Positions 10,032 through 20,381 are shown, counted from the first letter of the stretch. The stretch: 64,000 nucleotides of DNA from Candidatus Eremiobacteria bacterium (GCA_963737065.1 CAVTRC010000001.1:928001-992000); one strand, 5' to 3'. Translations and numbers: made by a program. Notes: a model not told the origin generated them from the letters alone.

Positions 10032-10763
10032 CTATTTCTTCGCGAGATACAGATAGTGCGTATAGGCGAGCGGCACGTACGGGTCACCGTCTCCGAAGCG
10101 CTCGCCCAGACGGCGTTCGAAGGCTGCGATGTATGCGTTCAACCGATAGCCCATGCGCTCGCGTACGCTCGCGCGCGAGCGTTCCATTTGCACGACGCGC
10201 GAGAGCGGCATGGACGTACGCCACGGGACAACACGCAGCGTATGATCCCGCCATGGCGCCGCATAGAACTCTTTGAATCCGTTTTTCAAACCGCTCGGCG
10301 GAATATTCATTCTCACTTCCGTCGCCGCCTCGTCGCGCATCATGCTGACGGCGGCGTCACGCATCAGATGCTTCCACCAGATTGCGACGAACCCGTTTGG
10401 TTTGACGACGCGTCGCATTTCTGCGACGGACGCCGCTCGATCCACGCGATGGATCACCTGCGCGCTGATCGCCACATCGAACGATGCGTCAGCGAACGGC
10501 AACTTTTCCGCCGTACCGATCACCCATTGCGCGCGCGGATATCTCCGCTTCGCATGAGCCAGCATCGGCTCTGACGGATCGACTCCGACCACCGTGAAAT
10601 CATTGTCGTGCAATGGACCGCCGGCAAGACCCGTTCCGCAGCCAACGTCGAGAATTCGGTGCTGCCGATTAAGACCGTACTCGAGGAGGTGGTTATAGAT
10701 CTCGTTTGCGTAACCGATGCGGCCGGCGTCGTAATTCTCGGCAATCGGATCGAACGTCGTCAT
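10032..10763 (-). CDS. Class I SAM-dependent methyltransferase
   Basis: ILDVGCGTG, GVDPSEPML, LPFADASFD. Confidence 0.85.
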   Translation of the reverse strand: MTTFDPIAENYDAGRIGYANEIYNHLLEYGLNRQHRILDVGCGTGLAGGPLHDNDFTVVGVDPSEPMLAHAKRRYPRAQWVIGTAEKLPFADASFDVAISAQVIHRVDRAASVAEMRRVVKPNGFVAIWWKHLMRDAAVSMMRDEAATEVRMNIPPSGLKNGFKEFYAAPWRDHTLRVVPWRTSMPLSRVVQMERSRASVRERMGYRLNAYIAAFERRLGERFGDGDPYVPLAYTHYLYLAKK

Positions 10764-10769
10764 AGCTCG

Positions 10770-11462
10770 CTACGAAATATCGGCAGAACCGTCGGGCGTT
10801 TCCACCGGTAGGGCGGTGTGCTCGGCTTGCTCCATCTGCGGCGTGGGCACCAACAGATTGAGTTCTAACGGCTGGCCGGGTTCCAACTCGAGCTGCGGAA
10901 GATCGTCCAGCGAATTGAGACCGAACGACTCGAGGAAGATCGATGTCGTTTTATACGTCATCGGACGGCCGACGACGTCTCTGCGCCCGGCTTCGGCGAC
11001 GAGTCCGCGGTCCATGAGCGTATTGACGACGCTGTCGGAATTCACGCCGCGAATTGCCTCGATTTCGCCCTTTGTCACCGGCTGCATATGCGCGACGATG
11101 GCAAGCGCTTCGAGCGCGGGCGCCGACAGCGACGTCTTGGGCGGCAACAGATACGCTTCGACGACCTCGCGCACCGCGGACGACGTTGCCAACCGATAGC
11201 CGCCGGCCACTTCGCGCAGCAGAATTCCGCCGTTGCTATAGCGCTCTTCAAGCTCTTGAATCGCGAGCGCCACCGCCTTCTCGTCTTCTCCCGTCAGCTT
11301 CGCGAGACGTTTCGTTTCGAGCGGTTCGCTCGCGACGAACAACAGCGCTTCAATCGCCGGTGCAATACGTTCTGCGGCGAAGCGCAGCTCTTCGGCTTCT
11401 TCATTGATCTCGCCCGTCGTCCGTTCCATCTCGGCGATCGGCTCGTCGGTCGGCACAATCAT
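10770..11462 (-). CDS. scpB: SMC-Scp complex subunit ScpB
   Basis: IEALLF, LSAPALEALAIVA, QPVTKGEIEAIRGV, GRPMTYKTT, FGLNSLDDLP. Confidence 0.95.
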   Translation of the reverse strand: MIVPTDEPIAEMERTTGEINEEAEELRFAAERIAPAIEALLFVASEPLETKRLAKLTGEDEKAVALAIQELEERYSNGGILLREVAGGYRLATSSAVREVVEAYLLPPKTSLSAPALEALAIVAHMQPVTKGEIEAIRGVNSDSVVNTLMDRGLVAEAGRRDVVGRPMTYKTTSIFLESFGLNSLDDLPQLELEPGQPLELNLLVPTPQMEQAEHTALPVETPDGSADIS

Positions 11463-12253
11463 CCTTCGGCGCGCGTGGATGGGTTCGGCAGGATGCGGAT
11501 GTCATCGTTTAAACTCGGCTGATCGAACGAAATCCGGTGGCGACGCACGAGTTCCAGAATCGCAAGGAACGCGACGATGATCGCTTCCCGCGTCATGCCC
11601 ATCTCATGGCAAAGCGCGGAGAACGCAACTTCGCCGCGCTCTTTGACTTGCCGAGACACGTAGTCCATCATCGCGATGAGCGAAAACGTTTCGCGAACGA
11701 TCTCGCGTTTTTCGGGACGCGCTTGCTGCAGCATGGCAAGGAATGCGCGCTTGAGCTTCTCCGGATCGATCCGATACCGCTGCACGAGCTCGCTCGTCGG
11801 GTCGCCGGATTCGCGGAAATAGTACCCGCTTGCTTCGTCTTGGCGTGCCTTCAATTGTTGTCCGAGTTCGCGATATTTCGAGTACGCAATGAGCCGGCGG
11901 CGCAGCCGTTCCTCGACTTGCTCCGGCGTCTCTTCCGTTTCATCGACGAACTCTTGCGGGATCGGCGGCAACAGCGCTTTCGACTTCAAGAAGACCAGCG
12001 TCGCGGCGATCACGAGGTACTCGGCAGCGACCTCAACATCGAGCGCGTCCATCATGCGGACGTAGTCGAGGTACTGCTCGGCCACGCGCGCGAGCGGAAC
12101 GGTCGCAATATCGAGCTGCTGCTCCTTGATCAAACTGAGCAACAGATCGAGCGGACCATCGAAGACGTCGAGTTGCACACGGAGAGGCTCGGCCTGCGCG
12201 GATTCTGCTTGGATCGAATCCTGCACGGCTTGCGGGGCGCACGTTTCGTTCAA
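11459..12253 (-). CDS. scpA: Segregation/condensation protein A
   Basis: FDGPLDLLLSLI, AAEYLVIAATLVFLKSKALLP, FLAILEL. Confidence 0.95.
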   Translation of the reverse strand: MNETCAPQAVQDSIQAESAQAEPLRVQLDVFDGPLDLLLSLIKEQQLDIATVPLARVAEQYLDYVRMMDALDVEVAAEYLVIAATLVFLKSKALLPPIPQEFVDETEETPEQVEERLRRRLIAYSKYRELGQQLKARQDEASGYYFRESGDPTSELVQRYRIDPEKLKRAFLAMLQQARPEKREIVRETFSLIAMMDYVSRQVKERGEVAFSALCHEMGMTREAIIVAFLAILELVRRHRISFDQPSLNDDIRILPNPSTRAEG

Positions 12254-12729
12254 GAGGTTTTCTGTTCGGCCGTTCGAGCGACGACCGGAATATCGCCAAA
12301 GGCAGCGGGAGTCGCGGTGATATAGTCCAGCGCCATATCGACGAGGCGCTTTTCGTTCACGTATTTGAGTGCCCTACGTGCGGCCTTGACCTCAAACCAC
12401 CGTGCCTCGTCCACTTCGTGGTCATGGTTTGCCGTGTCGCCCGAAAGGTATCGCATGAGGAAGAACGTGACCGACTTTTTGTGCTTGGCCTTGCCCACGT
12501 AAAACCAATACGAGATTTCGTTCAGTCGCGTCAGGATTTCGGCCCAGCATCCTGTCTCTTCGCGCACTTCGCGCAGCGCCGCTTGTTCGTTCGATTCTCG
12601 TGCTTCGACATGACCCTTCGGTAACGTCCAAACGCGCGGTTCACCGCGCCCGATCAATAGCGCATCAAACCCGCTCTCGCGGGCCCGCAAGACTAGTCCA
12701 CCGGCCGACACTTCATACTTGATTCGCAT
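12250..12729 (-). CDS. NUDIX hydrolase
   Basis: Nudix box PKGHVEARESNEQAALREVREETG. Confidence 0.9.
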   Translation of the reverse strand: MRIKYEVSAGGLVLRARESGFDALLIGRGEPRVWTLPKGHVEARESNEQAALREVREETGCWAEILTRLNEISYWFYVGKAKHKKSVTFFLMRYLSGDTANHDHEVDEARWFEVKAARRALKYVNEKRLVDMALDYITATPAAFGDIPVVARTAEQKTS

Positions 12730-12862
12730 GTCGATAGACCCGTAGGAGACAGGGAAGGGGGCGCTGGTCGTGCCCCCTGATTACTTTCATTATAGGCCCC
12801 AGCCCCAAGAAGCACCTGGCGGCAGGATGGCCCTTTTCCGTGGCGTTGGGTATAGGGCGCAC

Positions 12863-13975
12863 GTGGAACAAGACCCAGCGCTCGTCGCTCGTTCGGCCGG
12901 GCTACGCTATGTCAACGACGGGATTCCGGGGATAAAGCGACTGCGCGATGGCAAGCGCTTCCGATATCTCTCGCCCGAGGGGAAGCCGATCTCCGATGAG
13001 ACGGAGTTGGCCCGGATTCATGCGATCGGCGTGCCGCCCGCGTACGAGGACGTCTGGATCTCGCCGGTCGCCAACGGCCACCTGCAGGCAACCGCGGTGG
13101 ACGCACGGGGCCGCAAACAATACCGGTACCATAAGAAGTGGCGCGAGCTTCGCGACGAGACGAAGTATCATCGCATGGTCGACTTCGCAGCCGCGCTGCC
13201 GAAAATCCGCGCACGAGTCGAACGCGACTTACAACTTCCCGGCATGCCGCGCGACAAAGTCCTCGCCGCTGTAGTGCGTCTGCTCGAAGAAACGACCATT
13301 CGTGTCGGCAACGAGGAGTATAAGAAGGAGAACGACTCGTACGGCCTCACGACGATGCTCAACAAGCACGCGAAGGTCGACGGCGCGCAAGTGCGCTTCA
13401 GCTTTAAAGGCAAGAGCGGCGTCAAGCACACGATCGCGTTGCGCGACAAACCGCTTGCAAAGATCATCCGCGCGTGCCAAGACCTTCCGGGACAGGAACT
13501 CTTTGCGTACCTGGAAGATGACGGCACGCCGCGTGACGTCGGTTCCAACGACGTGAACGACTATATCAAGGAAGTTTCCGGCGGCGACTTCACTGCGAAA
13601 GACTTCCGCACGTGGGTCGGGACCGTTCAGTGCGCGTTGCTGCTCGCGGAAGAAGAGGCCATGGAGACGCAATCGGACCGCAAGCGCCGGCTCAACGACG
13701 TCATCAAGCAAGTCGCAGCGCGTTTGGGCAATACACCGGCGGTTGCGAAGAAAAGCTACATCCATCCGGAAGTGATCGCCGCGTACACCGAAGACGGTAC
13801 AATCGGTCAGATGCTGCGCGGCAAACCGGCAAAAGGTTTACTCCCGGAAGAAAAGTTCGTCGTCGACTTCTTGAAGAAACGCGAACGCGAAACGCCGCAA
13901 GCGCGAACGACGAAGAAACTGAAACAAAGCCTCGCCGCCGCAAAAAGAGGCACGTCGTCCAATTCACGGGCTTGA
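12863..13975 (+). CDS. DNA topoisomerase IB (bacterial, poxvirus-like)
   Basis: VPPAYEDVWI, DARGRKQYRY, IRVGNEEY, FKGKSG, FTAKDFRTW, LGNTPAVAKKSYIHP (catalytic Tyr); start uncertain (12770/12827/12863). Confidence 0.92.
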   Translation: MEQDPALVARSAGLRYVNDGIPGIKRLRDGKRFRYLSPEGKPISDETELARIHAIGVPPAYEDVWISPVANGHLQATAVDARGRKQYRYHKKWRELRDETKYHRMVDFAAALPKIRARVERDLQLPGMPRDKVLAAVVRLLEETTIRVGNEEYKKENDSYGLTTMLNKHAKVDGAQVRFSFKGKSGVKHTIALRDKPLAKIIRACQDLPGQELFAYLEDDGTPRDVGSNDVNDYIKEVSGGDFTAKDFRTWVGTVQCALLLAEEEAMETQSDRKRRLNDVIKQVAARLGNTPAVAKKSYIHPEVIAAYTEDGTIGQMLRGKPAKGLLPEEKFVVDFLKKRERETPQARTTKKLKQSLAAAKRGTSSNSRA

Positions 13976-14038
13976 AAACCCAGCGCAGCGCAAAGTGCGG
14001 CACTGGCCGTTCGCGTTTGCGGTTCTTACAGTATCTTA

Positions 14039-15688
14039 CTACGATCGATGGGGGCCTCGTACTTCAGACAGTACGTGTTCCGTTGCTTCGCTCGAAACGT
14101 CCAATGCGTGGAGTGCCGCCTCGGCAAAGCTGAGCGCACCTTCGACTTCCGGCACGATGACCACCGACGCGCCGTTGGAATAAAGCTCGTCGACATCGGA
14201 GCTTTGCTGCGCGCGCGCAATAACGCGAGCGCCGGTCCTCGCCTTCGCTCGTTGCGCCAAGATGTCGGCCGTTGCGCTCTCTGGAACCGTTATAACAAAG
14301 ACTTCGACGCCGAGCGTCAGTACGCGATCAAACGCCTGCGGATCGAGCGCATCGCCGAGGATCACGTTGTCGCCCGCTGCGCGCATGTGCGCAACGAGTT
14401 CACCATCGCGTTCGATTGCGACGTAAGGGATTCGCGCTTGACGTAGCACGGTTGCAACCGTTTGGCCGACGCGCCCAAAACCAACGACGGCGACGCGCGC
14501 GCCTGCTCGCGCGTCGCCCTCGGATTGCACGCGTTCGTTCATGTGCGCCGCTCGAAGGCGCGATAACCACGGACCGGGTACGACGCACGCAATCATCGTT
14601 ACGAAGGTAACGCCGAGCAGAACTTGTGCTTCCGCGCCGGACAGGCGCGACGCGTGGTGCGCTTGCGTAATGAGCACGACGTTGAACTCGCCGAGCGATG
14701 CCATACCGACGCCCACGAACGCTGCGCCGGCGGCCGTCATTAGGCTCAAACGCGCCAGCACGAACCACAACGCGCATCGAAGCACGGCGAGAACGACCCC
14801 TGCAGCGACGATCTCGATCCAGTGCGACGCGAAGAACGATATGTCGATCAGCATTCCGACCGACACGAAGAATAACGTGACGAAGAGCGATCGGAACGGT
14901 GCGACGACCGACGCGATCACCGCGCTCCCCGCCGCCTCGGAAATCACCGCTCCGGCGACGAATGCGCCGAACTCAAACGACAGTCCGGCAATGTACCCGA
15001 GCCACGCCGCTACCAACGCCAGCGCAGAGAATATTCCAAAGAGCACATCGGCCGACGCGTGCAGGACCGTTCGTCGAACGAACGTATGAAGAACCGTTGC
15101 TCCAAGAACAAGCGCGATCGCGACGAACAACGCCGCTTTGATCAACGGAACGACGATCCCCGCTATCGTCAGCTCGGCCGCGGGCGCGGTCACGACAACG
15201 ATCAACGCCACAGCGACGAGGTCTTGCACGATCTGTTGCGCGATCGTGAAGCGGCCCGGCCCGCTGGACTCGATATTCCAAGCGCGAAGCAATGCAACGG
15301 CGACGGCCGTACTCGAAACGCACGTTGCAACGGCGCCGGTCCACGGATGCGAAAACCCGAGGAGCAGACACACGACTACGGCGCTTACCGTCGCAAGCAC
15401 CATCACGATGAGATTTCCGCCGATCGCACGCGCGCCGAGCTTCCTTACTTCATCAATCGAGAAGCCGAGGCCGATGCTAAAAAGAAGAAAAATCAGCCCC
15501 AGCTGCGCGAGCGTTTCGACGTTCTCAGGATTCGCTACGTAACCGGAGGTAAACCGGCCGATCAGTACGCCCGCAACAAGGTAGCCCACGATCGCGCTGA
15601 TCCGAAAGCGCTCCGCGATAATTCCGAGGATCATCGCCGCGGTCAGCGCGATGGTCAGGTCGGCCAGGAAATTGACGCTGGCGTTCAC
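14039..15688 (-). CDS. CPA2 cation:proton antiporter with C-terminal TrkA-N/KTN domain (Kef-like)
   Basis: VGYLVAGVLIG, LFSIGL, SSTAV, VQDL, GEF, then VVGFGRVG Rossmann motif. Confidence 0.88.
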   Translation of the reverse strand: MNASVNFLADLTIALTAAMILGIIAERFRISAIVGYLVAGVLIGRFTSGYVANPENVETLAQLGLIFLLFSIGLGFSIDEVRKLGARAIGGNLIVMVLATVSAVVVCLLLGFSHPWTGAVATCVSSTAVAVALLRAWNIESSGPGRFTIAQQIVQDLVAVALIVVVTAPAAELTIAGIVVPLIKAALFVAIALVLGATVLHTFVRRTVLHASADVLFGIFSALALVAAWLGYIAGLSFEFGAFVAGAVISEAAGSAVIASVVAPFRSLFVTLFFVSVGMLIDISFFASHWIEIVAAGVVLAVLRCALWFVLARLSLMTAAGAAFVGVGMASLGEFNVVLITQAHHASRLSGAEAQVLLGVTFVTMIACVVPGPWLSRLRAAHMNERVQSEGDARAGARVAVVGFGRVGQTVATVLRQARIPYVAIERDGELVAHMRAAGDNVILGDALDPQAFDRVLTLGVEVFVITVPESATADILAQRAKARTGARVIARAQQSSDVDELYSNGASVVIVPEVEGALSFAEAALHALDVSSEATEHVLSEVRGPHRS

Positions 15689-15740
15689 AGTGCGTCTCGC
15701 TCACTCACAAGATAGAGCGGCAGCCGCGACGGTGAGCGTC

Positions 15741-17273
15741 CTACGCGGGCTCCCACTTCAAATCGGGATTGCGGGCCGCACGCGTCTCGTCGACGCGGCT
15801 CACCACGGTCGTTACCGGCGCCGCCATCACCGCCTCGGGATCGCGCTTCGCTTCTTCGACGATTTCGCGCAGCACGCCGACGAATGCGTCGAGCGTTTCC
15901 TTCGACTCGGTTTCCGTCGGCTCGATCATCAAGCACTCGGGAACGATCAGCGGGAAATACATCGTCGGCGCCATCATGCCGTGATCGAGCAGCGCCTTCG
16001 CGAGGTCGAGCGCTTTAACGCCCGTTTGTTTCTTCAATTCCTGTGCCGACGCAACGAATTCATGACGGCAGATCTCCGGATACGGGGTATCGAGAAATTC
16101 GGCGACTTTGACCCGCACGTAGTTTGCATTGAGCACGGCGAGTTGCGAAACCGTTTTCAAACCGTCCGCGCCGTTTGCGTAGATGTATGCGAGCGCGCGC
16201 ACCGCGTGCGCGAAGTTCGACCAGAACGAACGCATCGGACCGATCGATTTGGGACGGTCGAAGTCAAGCGAGAACGTATACCTGTCGCTCGGCGCCGCAT
16301 TGGCGTCGCCGTTGGTCTTCGGCGTTGCGCGCACGACGGGCGTGGGCAGGTAGTCGACGAGATGCGCTGCGACACCGAGCGGTCCATGACCCGCACCGCC
16401 GCCGCCGTGTGGAATCGTGAACGTTTTATGTGTGTTGAGATGCATCAGATCGAAGCCCATGTCTCCGGGACGCACGTTGCCCATGATCGCGTTCGCATTC
16501 GCACCGTCGTAATACATCAGCCCGCCCGCATCATGGACGGCTTGCGCAATTTCATGAATATGATCTTCGAAAAGCCCAAGAGTGTTGGGATTCGTCATCA
16601 TGCAGACAGCGGTATCGTCGCCGAGGACTTTCTCGATTTCCGCGACGCTCACACGTCCGCGCTGATCGGACGGCAAGCTGATGACTTTGAACCCGCACAT
16701 CGCCGCGGAAGCGGGATTCGTTCCGTGCGCCGTGTCGGGCACGATGACCTTGTCGCGCCCGGTCTCGCTCTTGTCTTTGAAGTACTTCTTCGCGATCAAG
16801 AGTGCCGCAAGTTCCGCGTGCGCACCGGCCGAGGGATTGAGCGAAAACGCCGCCATACCGAAGAGCGAAGAGAGCGAACGCTCCAGCTCATACATCACCT
16901 GCAGCGCGCCTTGCGCGAGCTGGTCGGGCGTATACGGATGCAACCTGGCGAATCCGCGCTTCGTCGCGATCGCGTCATTGATGCGCGGGTTATACTTCAT
17001 CGTGCAGGATCCGAGCGGATAGAAGCCCAGATCGATGCCGAACGTGCGTTGCGAAAGCTTCGTGAAATGACGGATGACGTCGAGCTCGCTGTTATCCGGA
17101 AGCGGCAAGTCGTCGCGAAGCAGCGATTTCGGTAAAAACTCCGTCATCGGACGCGCATCCTCGACGTACTTGTTCGCGCGACCGTCTTGCCCGAGATCGA
17201 AAATCAGCTCGGGAGCCGCCGCCTCGGCGTGCCGGGCTCGCTGCGGATTTCCATCAAACGTTTGCGTGGACAC
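15741..17273 (-). CDS. gcvPB: Glycine dehydrogenase subunit 2
   Basis: FYPLGSCTMKYNP, AHGTNPASA, HLNTHKTF, PHGGGG, MIEPTETESK; probable GTG start at 17273. Confidence 0.95.
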   Translation of the reverse strand: MSTQTFDGNPQRARHAEAAAPELIFDLGQDGRANKYVEDARPMTEFLPKSLLRDDLPLPDNSELDVIRHFTKLSQRTFGIDLGFYPLGSCTMKYNPRINDAIATKRGFARLHPYTPDQLAQGALQVMYELERSLSSLFGMAAFSLNPSAGAHAELAALLIAKKYFKDKSETGRDKVIVPDTAHGTNPASAAMCGFKVISLPSDQRGRVSVAEIEKVLGDDTAVCMMTNPNTLGLFEDHIHEIAQAVHDAGGLMYYDGANANAIMGNVRPGDMGFDLMHLNTHKTFTIPHGGGGAGHGPLGVAAHLVDYLPTPVVRATPKTNGDANAAPSDRYTFSLDFDRPKSIGPMRSFWSNFAHAVRALAYIYANGADGLKTVSQLAVLNANYVRVKVAEFLDTPYPEICRHEFVASAQELKKQTGVKALDLAKALLDHGMMAPTMYFPLIVPECLMIEPTETESKETLDAFVGVLREIVEEAKRDPEAVMAAPVTTVVSRVDETRAARNPDLKWEPA

Positions 17274-18615
17274 GGACGATCTCTCCCAGAGCGTTGGCAA
17301 GTGCGTCGATCTCACCCGTTGTCGTGAGTTCGGTAGCGTTCATCAGGACGCAGGTCGACAGCTCCGGATACCAGCGACCCAGATCGACACCGCCTAGAAT
17401 ACCGCGTTCCTGCAATTCCGCGAGCACCGGTGCCGCCGGCTGATGCACGTCGACGACGATTTCGTTGAAGAACGGCGAGCTGAACTTCAAATCGATGCCC
17501 TGGACGCTCGAAACAGCGGTCGCGAGCTCGCGCGAACGTTGGAGGTTCAGCGCGGCCACGTCGTGCAGGCCGGTCTTACCCATCAGCGCGAGGTAGATCG
17601 TCGCAATAAGTGCGCAGTGCGCTTGATTCGTGCAAATGTTCGATGTGGCGCGCTCGCGTCGTATGTGTTGCTCGCGCGCCTGCAACGTCAACACGTAGGC
17701 GGTTTTCTTCTCTTTATCGACCGTCTTGCCGACGAGCCGTCCCGGAATGCGACGCATGTGCTCTTTAGTGGACGCAATGAACCCGACATACGGACCGCCG
17801 TACGCCATCGCGACACCGAAGCTTTGCGCTTCACCAACTACGATCTCGGCACCCCACGAGGCCGGCGTTGCGAGCGCGGCGAGCGAAATTGCCTCGGAGA
17901 CGACGGCGATCGGTACCGTCCCACTCTCTCGCACGGCGGACGCAGTTTCACGGTCGAACGCTTCGATATTTCCGAAGAAGTTCGGCGTCTGCAGCGCCAC
18001 GCAAGCATACTGTTTCGATGCAACCGCGGTCTTTAACGCATCGAGATCCGTCGTTCCGTTCGCGCTCACCGGCAATTCATCCATTGCAACGTCGAGACCG
18101 TCGCAGTACGTCTTGAGCACCGCGCGGTAATTCGGATCGACGGCTCGCGAAACGAGGACGGTTTTCCGTCCGTTCGCATTGAGCGCCATGATCGCCGCTT
18201 CAGCGAGCGCCGTCGCTCCGTCGTAGACCGACGCGTTTGCGATGTCCATGCCGGTGAGCAGGCAGATGTAGCTCTGCCACTCGTAGATCGCTTGCAGATA
18301 ACCCTGTGAGACTTCCGCTTGATACGGCGTGTACGCCGTGAGAAACTCGCCGCGCATCGCGAGCGCACCGATCGCCGGCGGCGCATAGTGACGATATGAA
18401 CCCGCACCGAGGAATGAGACGTAATCGACGCCGGCATTCTTCTTCGCGAAGTGCTCGAAACGCCGCGCGATTTGATATTCCGGCAACGCCGGAACGACGT
18501 CGAGCTGCGTCTTTAGCGCGACGGCGTCGGGGACTTTGAGCAGTTCATCGAGCGACCCGGCGCCGATCGCGTCGAGCATCGCACGAATATCTTCCTCGGT
18601 GTGCGGCGTGTACAA
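17254..18615 (-). CDS. gcvPA: Glycine dehydrogenase subunit 1
   Basis: YTPHT, FLGAG, TAYTPYQAEVSQG, NASVYDGA, REQHIRRERATSNICTN; TTG start. Confidence 0.95.
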   Translation of the reverse strand: MYTPHTEEDIRAMLDAIGAGSLDELLKVPDAVALKTQLDVVPALPEYQIARRFEHFAKKNAGVDYVSFLGAGSYRHYAPPAIGALAMRGEFLTAYTPYQAEVSQGYLQAIYEWQSYICLLTGMDIANASVYDGATALAEAAIMALNANGRKTVLVSRAVDPNYRAVLKTYCDGLDVAMDELPVSANGTTDLDALKTAVASKQYACVALQTPNFFGNIEAFDRETASAVRESGTVPIAVVSEAISLAALATPASWGAEIVVGEAQSFGVAMAYGGPYVGFIASTKEHMRRIPGRLVGKTVDKEKKTAYVLTLQAREQHIRRERATSNICTNQAHCALIATIYLALMGKTGLHDVAALNLQRSRELATAVSSVQGIDLKFSSPFFNEIVVDVHQPAAPVLAELQERGILGGVDLGRWYPELSTCVLMNATELTTTGEIDALANALGEIVRVHANV

Positions 18616-18622
18616 TTAGACG

Positions 18623-18861
18623 GCGCTCCGCCCCAGGCTCCGCGCCCCCCATTTCATGGGGCCCCCGGGCCGTGGGGTGCATTTAACGTGAGTGGTAAGC
18701 ATTTCTCTCCCCTAGGGCACCCCTAAAGGACTCCTCGGCGGACAGCGCTCCGCCCCAGGCTGAGCTGTCCTGAGCGAAGTCGAAGGACGCCCCCCATTTC
18801 ATGGGGCCCCCGGGCCGTGGGGTGCATTTAACGTGACTGGTAAGCATTTCTCTCCCCTAGG
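18623..18861. repeat. Two direct copies (18623-18716, 18745-18861) of a GC-rich palindromic element; copy 2 carries an extra GTCCTGAGCGAAGTCGAAGGAC hairpin
   Basis: Direct comparison: gcgctccgccccaggct...gccccccatttcatggggcccccgggccgtggggtgcatttaacgtga(g/c)tggtaagcatttctctcccctagg in both copies. Confidence 0.92.
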
Positions 18862-18877
18862 CAGCTTAAAGCATCGC

Positions 18878-19258
18878 TCAGTCGACTGAAATTTTTTCGT
18901 AATCATCGGGCGAGAGTAGGTTGTTCTTTTCATTTGCGTCTTTGAGCTTGACTTTGAAGAGCCAGCCTTCACCATATGGGTCGCGATTTACCGCGGCCGG
19001 ATCCGCGTCGAGCGCAGCGTTCACTTCGACGATCTCACCACCGATCGGCGTAAAGAGATCGGAAACGGCCTTTACCGACTCGATCACGCCGACGTTACCG
19101 AATTGATCGATCTGTTTGCCGACGCGCGGAAGTTCGACGTACACAATGTCGCCTAGCGAGTTCTGCGCGTAATCGGTAATGCCGATCGCCGCGGTGTCGC
19201 CGTCGACTCTCACCCACTCGTGTTCCTTGCTATACAGCAGATCCGCTGGCTGCGCCAT
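18878..19258 (-). CDS. gcvH: Glycine cleavage system H protein
   Basis: YSKEHEWV, GITDYAQ, LGDIVYVELP, ESVKAVSD (lipoyl-Lys), PYGEGW. Confidence 0.97.
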   Translation of the reverse strand: MAQPADLLYSKEHEWVRVDGDTAAIGITDYAQNSLGDIVYVELPRVGKQIDQFGNVGVIESVKAVSDLFTPIGGEIVEVNAALDADPAAVNRDPYGEGWLFKVKLKDANEKNNLLSPDDYEKISVD

Positions 19259-19277
19259 GTACGACCGTACTCCTTAT

Positions 19278-20381
19278 TTACTTTGCTCGTTTATAGAACG
19301 GCAGCGCCACAACCGTGGCGTCGTGCTTCGTGCCGCGTATCTCGACCGCAAGCCGCGTGCCTTCGGTTGCGGCCTCTTTGGCAACCAGCGCGGTGGCGAT
19401 ATTCTTGTTCTCGACCGCGGGCGCCATGGATCCGCTGCGAATTTCGCCGACTTCGCGGTCGCCGAGAAAGACCTTGTATCCCTCGCGCGCCGGAGCACGG
19501 CTTGACATGACGAGGGCGACGATACGCGCGTAGTCGTCGCGTTCCATCTGCTCGACGAGCGCGTTGCGCCCGATGAACTCCGGTTTGCTCGTCTTGAGCG
19601 CCCATTGCAATCCCGCTTGCACGGGCGTGATGTTTTCGGTCAGCTCGTGACCGTACAGCGGCATGCCGGCTTCCAAGCGCAGCACATCGCGCGCACCTAA
19701 ACCGCACGCTTCCAACCCGTTGGCGCCTTCGTCGCGCAGCAGACTACGCCAAATCTCCGGCGCATGTTCGCCAAAAACGAAGAGCTCGAACCCATCTTCA
19801 CCGGTGTAACCCGTGCGCGCGATAATCGCCGGTCTGCCGTACACATTGCCTTCGGCGCAGAAGTAGTACTTCAGCGCGTCGAGATCGACGTCGACGTGCG
19901 GCTGCAAGAGCGCGATGGATTTTGGACCTTGAATCGCGATCAACGCATTACGCCCGTGCAGATTTTCGAGGCGTACGCCGTCGGCGAGATTCGCGTTCAA
20001 GTGGTTCCACATTTTATCGGCGTTCGCGCCGTTCACGACAAGCAGCCAGCGCTGCGCAAGACGATAGAAAATCGTATCGTCGTGCGCGCCGCCTTCGGGA
20101 TTGCAAAAGATGTTATAACGCGCCTGCATGGGTTTCATCGTGCCAACCGCGTTGATCGTCAACGTATCTGCCCACGAAGCGACATTCGGGCCTTCCAGAA
20201 CGAACTGGCCCATGTGCGAGAGATCGAACAGTCCGGCGCGATGACGTACGGCGTCGTGCTCTTTCAAAATGCCGGCGTACTGCACGGGCATTTCGAAGCC
20301 GGCGAAGGGCACGAGCCGCGCACCGAGCTTCGCATGTTCGTCGTAGAGCGCCGTGCGACGCAAGTCAGTCGAAGCAGTCAT
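19278..20381 (-). CDS. gcvT: Glycine cleavage system aminomethyltransferase T
   Basis: [51 protein letters not shown]. Confidence 0.97.
   Translation of the reverse strand: MTASTDLRRTALYDEHAKLGARLVPFAGFEMPVQYAGILKEHDAVRHRAGLFDLSHMGQFVLEGPNVASWADTLTINAVGTMKPMQARYNIFCNPEGGAHDDTIFYRLAQRWLLVVNGANADKMWNHLNANLADGVRLENLHGRNALIAIQGPKSIALLQPHVDVDLDALKYYFCAEGNVYGRPAIIARTGYTGEDGFELFVFGEHAPEIWRSLLRDEGANGLEACGLGARDVLRLEAGMPLYGHELTENITPVQAGLQWALKTSKPEFIGRNALVEQMERDDYARIVALVMSSRAPAREGYKVFLGDREVGEIRSGSMAPAVENKNIATALVAKEAATEGTRLAVEIRGTKHDATVVALPFYKRAK

Noticed and set aside
15651..17135. Long antisense ORFs (also 9255-10574, 56528-58003, 60975-61952)
   Set aside because: Shadow frames of well-supported genes in GC-rich DNA, with no motifs of their own.
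18623..18861. Canonical tandem glycine riboswitch
   Set aside because: GGAGAG, CUCAGG and GCCGAGG occur but in the wrong order, CUCAGG comes from the inserted hairpin, and the site is mid-operon rather than before gcvT.
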